From Ranitomeya imitator (lineage: Eukaryota), in NCBI RefSeq assembly GCF_032444005.1, contig NC_091291.1:14384001-14448000 (forward strand): a stretch of 64,000 nt of DNA, given 5' to 3'. Below the pieces are notes generated by a model that did not search any database, was not told the origin of the DNA, and saw nothing but the letters and a program-made list of their open reading frames with translations. The position numbers were made by a program, and so were the translations under genes. This document shows, piece by piece, positions 57,991 to 64,000 of this stretch (the first letter of the stretch is position 1; each line of letters starts with the position of its first letter).

Positions 57991-58083
57991 GTGAGATGGT
58001 TGTGCTCTCAGGGGTTATAGCTCCATGTTATTTTACCCTTTGTCACTCACTTTTTGTATATTGTCCTTGTGTTTTCTATCCAG

Positions 58084-58377
58084 GTGATGTGGCCGCTGAC
58101 ACCATCGTGACGGGAACTCTTGGGAAACTTGTATTATTCAGTGCGAATGTTCCAGTAGGATCCTACGTACAATGGACTTATAACAGTGCACCAGTCTATG
58201 TTCAGTCTCCAACTTTTCGTTGTTTGAATCAGTTTATAGGAAGATGTAATTCATATGAAAACGGATCCCTGAGTATTAACTACATCTCCTACACTGATGA
58301 AGGGATTTATGTTCTGTCCATAATACCTCCAGATTCTTCTACTGTTATCTCTACAAACTACCAGCTCAGAGTATATG
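58084..58377 (+). CDS. Gene B IgV-like exon
   Basis: 294 bp phase 1/1, AG/GT bounded; 14 of 98 aa differ from gene A. Confidence 0.9.
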
Positions 58378-59528
58378 GTAAGGAGACGTCTGACTCTACA
58401 TACAGTGCTATAATACAATTTAACATTTGACGTTAAGTAATACAATATTTTTAAAGATTATTAAACAATACATAATTACATAATAGTTTATTGTATCATA
58501 AAAGTTCACTTTGTCGATATCTCTTCGAAATTTAGTTCTCTTTTCCTTTTGGGGATGAAATTTCAATTATGGAATTGGTAATAATTTTTTTTTTTTTGGT
58601 GGGGTGTTGGGCATATTTTCTATGATAATTTAAGTAATAAAACCAGAAGAAATTTGAAAGGGTTGCCTCATCAAGATATACCATAAATCATTATTATTAT
58701 TGTTGGTTATTATAGCCCCATTTATTCCTTGTCGCTTTACATGTGAAAAGTGGAATACATAATAAAAACAAGGACAATAATCTTGAACAAAATGAGTCAC
58801 TGACTGGTAGAGGAGGATTACCTGGTACAATAATGTCAGCAGTTCTTCTTTGTTTGATGGCTTCTGACTATCCATCATCCTCTTGATTACATTCCAGAGG
58901 TTTTCAATGGGGTTCAGGTCTGGAGATTGGGCGGCCATGACAGGGATTTGATATGGTGGTCTCTTAATTTTTTCCAGAGCTGTATTTTAGTATATTGGCC
59001 ACATAGCGTATTCGTGCACCTGAGCATTAATGTAATACAAAAGGTTTGTGAGCTCTATTTTTTATTTGTTGTGCTGTATGTAAATCTAGTCTTAGCAACA
59101 AAAAGGGCATAGCCCTCAAGAAGTCTCCCATAGATAAGAGTTGAGGACTAACACACTTCGCTAACAAGACTAGACTTTTATACAAGAAAGGGGATGCCAT
59201 ATCTCAGAAATGGAGAGGAGCAAGAACCAAATAAAAACATCGCTGGATTCAAGAGAATAGAGGCAATGTGAAAGCGACAGGTCCTTTTTAAGGGAGCTGA
59301 GGACGGCAAATATATTCTCCACTGGCATAGAGACATAACTGACTGACCTCCATTGTTGATACTTCCATGCAATACTTGTGCTTTAGTTTTACCGATTGCT
59401 CCACTTCTCAGATCTGCCTCCACCTGCACTCCAGCTTATTACAGCCTCCTCTGTGACCGTCCAGGTTAATTATGGGAATTAAAATTTACATTACAAAATG
59501 AACCAGTATATTTTTTGCTCTTTTTCAG

Positions 59529-59804
59529 CTCCCCACAGTGCTCCTGTTCTCCGCTCTATTACCAGTACTCCTCTTATTAATAGCACCAATGTGACCCTCC
59601 AGTGTGATGCCGGGAGCCAGACTGTGACTTCTTACACTTTCTACCGAAATGGTCAGAAGATCATCTGCTCTGGACGTGTGATCTGCAGGGGATCATTCCT
59701 GGACTTCACCCCGATATTTGAGAGTGATGGCGGATCCTACACCTGCACCATCCAGAACCCTGACAGCTCCCACATCAGCAACTCCCTGAGTCTGACTGTG
59801 TACG
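59529..59804 (+). CDS. Gene B IgC exon 1
   Basis: 276 bp, AG/GT bounded, paralog of 39149-39424. Confidence 0.9.
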
Positions 59805-60256
59805 GTAAGGATATAGAAAATGGGAAATGCGGTATATTAAAACCTATAACCATTTACTCCTTTTTTACTCCAAAAGCCCTCAGTAGTGAGGGCGCTCACC
59901 TCTAAATAGATTTACTACCAGTTGCGTCACCAGTTCCAACATGGCCTCCAACCATTGCAAGTCTTTAGTACTAATGACCTTCCATATGGGCTAAAGGGAC
60001 CTTTAGGACCCCCCTAGACTCCAAGGTGGGGGTGCAATTGCAACCCCTGCACCTATTATAATTATGCCACTGTTTGACACATCTTTAGCAATGTTGCTTG
60101 TTGGTCATAGTTTGGCAAATATGGACATGAGGGGGAATAAAAGCACCCTTAGCCAGAATACCAATTCTGAGGATGTGTATATGCGGTCTATTATATTGTG
60201 ATCATTCTAAGCTTTTACAATCCAACCTTTATGTTTCTTTGTGTTTTGTATCTCAG

Positions 60257-60538
60257 TTCCGGTCTCTAATGTCGCGGTGACAAGTAATGTATCGGGACTT
60301 GTGTGGCCCGGATTAGATTCAGTGTCTCTACGATGTTCGGCTGATGGAACAAATGTCAGCTACTCGTGGAGTCTACAAGGGGCAGCGATATCCGGAGGAG
60401 GCCGATATCTCCTCACCGATAATAACGCCACGCTCACTATCAGCCCTGTCTCCACTGATGACAGCAGATCCTTCATATGTACGGCTACAAACATAATAAA
60501 CAGCCTGAACAGCAGGAACGTGACGTTCAACCTGGCCT
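60257..60538 (+). CDS. Gene B IgC exon 2
   Basis: 282 bp, AG/GT bounded, 2 aa differences from gene A. Confidence 0.9.
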
Positions 60539-61582
60539 GTAAGTAGCACATCACGTCTGTCATTATAGTCTGTAATTTACGTAGGAAGGAATACAAAAGC
60601 ACAGAAAGCAGCTCAACAACAGGTTTTTTTTTCACAAAATGGCAATGTGCTTGCTGGTGTCCACTGTATTTAAAGATATAACAGTTTGAGCTAAACAGAG
60701 GTAGTTGCTTTTTACATAGCCGCCGACGAGTGGGGGCACCATATCGTAGAAACTAAGGGTGCCAACCCCCACTCATAGGTAGTGCATCCATTAGGGCATA
60801 TTCGTCCATGCATTTTGTGATTTATTTTTGCTCCCTCAGGGGGTTATTTGTTCCCCTATAGCCCTAATTTTTCACTTTTTCACATATATATTTTTTCATT
60901 CTTTTTCGTATGTTGTATATTGTCTGCGGTATGTCCTTTTAACTTATACTTGTGATACTTTTAAACTTCTTAATAAACGTTACATTTTAAGGGGTCATTT
61001 TTTTTTTGTTTTGTCCTTAGGTGGGACCTCACCCTATAGCTTTTTTTTTGGTCCTAACAATCAAACTCTCTCTTTTGTGCCTATGTCTTTTTTCCAGTAT
61101 AGGAGACTAATTCTCATCTGTCCACCAGATGCAATCTTCTCTAACATGAGCAAGAAAAATTGTGAAGACAAAAAGCGCAATAGGGTCTTTTCCGAAAAGA
61201 AACATGGAGACAAAAGGGAGTTATGCTCACCTGATGGGGACGGGTTGTGAAGTCACAACCCCTGTACGTGTGAAACTGGGGACGAGTGGGTTAAAAATGT
61301 TAACAAGAAATAAAGAAATGCAGTTTACTGGTCAACAAATTTCGAAGTGAAGCGAATATTTAAATGCCTTAAAATAATTTCTTACTCTTCATTATACATT
61401 AGAAAAACCTTGATTAACGTTTTATTTATTTTGGAAGAAATTACTAAGGAACTTTAATAACTAATAATTCAGAGAAACTCTAATACAGATGTCAAAAACG
61501 AAATTTTCCCATGGCAGAAAGCAGCGAGGTTTCTGAGCTTTTATTGATGGCTTCTCATATTCATCGTTGGTGTTTTTCACAG

Positions 61583-61876
61583 CTCCGGTTTCGGCAGTGA
61601 CGCTGTACAGTCTCATATCAACAGGGATCTGGGCAGGAGAGGATTTGGCACATTTCTATTGCTCAGCTCAGGGTTCAGCCATCACCTTCTCCTGGAGTCT
61701 GAATGGAATCCTAATGTCTGCGAATCCTCCATACCACATTAATCAGGGCGATTCTCCTCCAAACTCCAATTTCCTCATCATCCCCGTTTCCGAGACCGAC
61801 AATGGACTAATCATCTGCAAAGCCTCCAACAGAGCTAATAGTTTGAACAGTAGTTCAGCCAACATCAATATCAACT
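61583..61876 (+). CDS. Gene B IgC exon 3
   Basis: 294 bp, tgtttttcacag / gtgagt; paralog of 41464-41757. Confidence 0.9.
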
Positions 61877-62455
61877 GTGAGTAACACTTCTGCTCTTTCA
61901 ATGGAATAAATCCAATCTATTAATCTAATCAATCTGTCTACCTGTCATAAAACAGTGGCCCACTGCACTTAATGGTTACAGTTCACATTGCGCGGCACTA
62001 TGTGCTTGATGGTTGCAGTTACACGTGCTTTATGAGACACTTGAAGGCTTCAAAACTTCAGTTCTTCTGCCAGGACCATAATTACCATATGATACTCCAC
62101 AAGGTTGATCGTAACGTGACTGCTAATTTTTGCTCACCCTCCGTTTCCATAGTGGGTCTTTGTGAGTCAACCCATTGCTACAGCTGGACCTAATTAGGTC
62201 CTCGTACCAAGATAATCTGTGAGATAAGAGATAGGTAGCTAATTGGATAGATTGATCTGGTTGATGTGGAAATGATTGGTACTTTTTCCTTAATCTACAT
62301 TGCTTTTTTGGATTTTTGAATTCGATCCCTTGCCACGGTGTGTTGACCCTCTTTGGTGAATCCTTGTGATAATCTACCATGTGGAATAGGAAATAGGTAG
62401 ATATATAGATATTGTTAATAATATGTGTTTATTGCACCTATCCTGTAAATTCCAG

Positions 62456-62695
62456 GGTCTCCCGATGGGAAAATTGTCTGTACTGTGCAACCCATAAACC
62501 AGACAGTACAGCTCGGCTGTTCCTGGCCCAGAGGAAAACCGGCAGCCAATGTCACCATGATATTTGGTGATGTCCAAAATACAAGCACTAATGAAGTGTT
62601 CAGAAATGTGAGCTCTACCGGTAATATCCACGGGCACAGTCTCTCCTGTAATGGTAACCAGCTCGGAAGAGCCTCAAGCTGCCTGGTAACATTGG
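62456..62695 (+). CDS. Gene B IgC exon 4; gene presumably continues off the right edge
   Basis: 240 bp, ttccag / gtaag; WSPDGKIVC..QLGCSWPRGKP. Confidence 0.85.
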
Positions 62696-64000
62696 GTAAG
62701 AAGTAAATACTGATATTTCAGTTCCATGAGTGATACTGCGTTCTACTCTTGAGTAGAGGCTAAATGGAAATATCTATGACTCTGTGCGCTTTCGCTTTCT
62801 TAATTTTTGTTGTTATGCACTGACATAGAAACAGAACAACAAAAACGATGGAAGTTTAGGATCCATAGTGGAACATACACTAACCCCTCCTATTGGATCC
62901 TATTAAGCTTAGTGGAGTTCTACTTGTTTCCGTCCTTTTACCGGACAAAATAGTTCAGCATGAATTTTTTTTAAAAAAAGTGACCATCAAAGAAGGGCAA
63001 AAAACTAGTGTAGCAAAAATTGAGTGAAGTCAGTTAAACATCGGTTTAAGCTTGATGGTTGCAATATAGATGACATGATTCTTGTCAGTTGCTACCTTCT
63101 CCTGGTGTCGTAGAAGACTTGAATGTTATAGAATAAAACTTGAACAATACGATTCAAAAATAAAAAGTATCTCTCAACAGACTGGGGCTGCCCCAGACTG
63201 GTGATTTTCTAAATGTTAGTTATTTTCGAAAGTGCTCAGGATTCTTAATGCTCCCCTAAAGGGCGCCACTTTCAAGCAACAGTCACCCCCGAACTTCTGG
63301 ATTGTTGGATCCCATCATGCAGAAGGGGATCCCACAACCTTCAGTGGTGACTCTTGTTGTGAAAGGGTGAGATCTCACATTTTGTCAAGATATGTCATAC
63401 TTTGCGCTGACCGTGGGGACCTGCATCATTTGCTAAACAGATACCGAACAGTAACATCGTTAGAGAAATTACCGTTCGTAACCTCTTAGTAGAGAATGTG
63501 ACACCGTTGAGTTAGTGCAAAGTGCAAGATCCCATAATATTAAGTGAGCGGGACCATGGAGGGTTATAAAATCCTGCTTTGCATGCAGAGACCCCACGAC
63601 CTTGAAGTTCAAGTCTGACTTTTTCTAGAAAGTGAGGTTTTTTAGGTGGCCGGTAGGAATCCTCCCGACAACTTTTGACAATAACTTGTATATAGAAAAA
63701 TCATCAGACTGGGGCTGTCCCCTCTTTTATTAAACAAAAAGGGCATCCCCTGACTTGTTATAGCGTCTTTTTAGTGTTAAAGATGGTCGATAATGAAAAA
63801 AAATAACTCATAATCTCCTACTGCTCTCCTGCCACTCTTACATGGTGCTCTCTTGGTCCCTCACTGGTCTACTTGCTTACGCTTCTGATGAGATTCCATA
63901 TGAAAATTGCCGTCAATCATTGACCACAATGGTGACCAGTGACCTCACTGACACTAAACCCTCCTATGGCTCACAAAAAAAAAGCAATCCCTCCTTTTTT

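Overview
Vertebrate genomic DNA. The repeat repertoire (L2, CR1, Tc1, TTAA-targeting MITEs, Penelope-like pieces) suggests an anuran amphibian; this is inference. The window holds three paralogous, intron-containing Ig-superfamily receptor genes (signal peptide - Cys-less IgV - several IgC - TM - Tyr-bearing tail; CEACAM-like / VSIG10L-like). I reconstructed them by hand from GT-AG, phase-compatible exons. Gene C is on the minus strand (ATG 20125, runs off the left edge). Gene A is on the plus strand (ATG 28534; 9 coding exons, 651 codons, up to 49105; last exon unresolved). Gene B is on the plus strand (ATG 57945, runs off the right edge). C and A are head-to-head. Two independently inserted, full-length Ty3/gypsy LTR retrotransposons with open gag and pol ORFs (10165-18063, 29679-37582) sit in early introns of C and A and bracket the shared promoter region. 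Highlights: (1) the IgV exons are hypervariable while their flanks are nearly identical, and divergence is patchy along the paralogs, as expected for a diversifying receptor family under gene conversion; (2) the tail carries an ITAM-spaced YEDP-x7-YETK motif; (3) there is a core-intact minimal hammerhead ribozyme in a ~315-bp 1.5-mer repeat, and a second, mutated one in a Penelope-like element with 117-bp inverted arms; (4) gypsy pol shows a UUUAAAC -1 frameshift site, a dUTPase-fold-like relic between protease and RT, and a dead protease (DTG to GTG) in one copy. All identities and counts were made by eye; no database searches were run.
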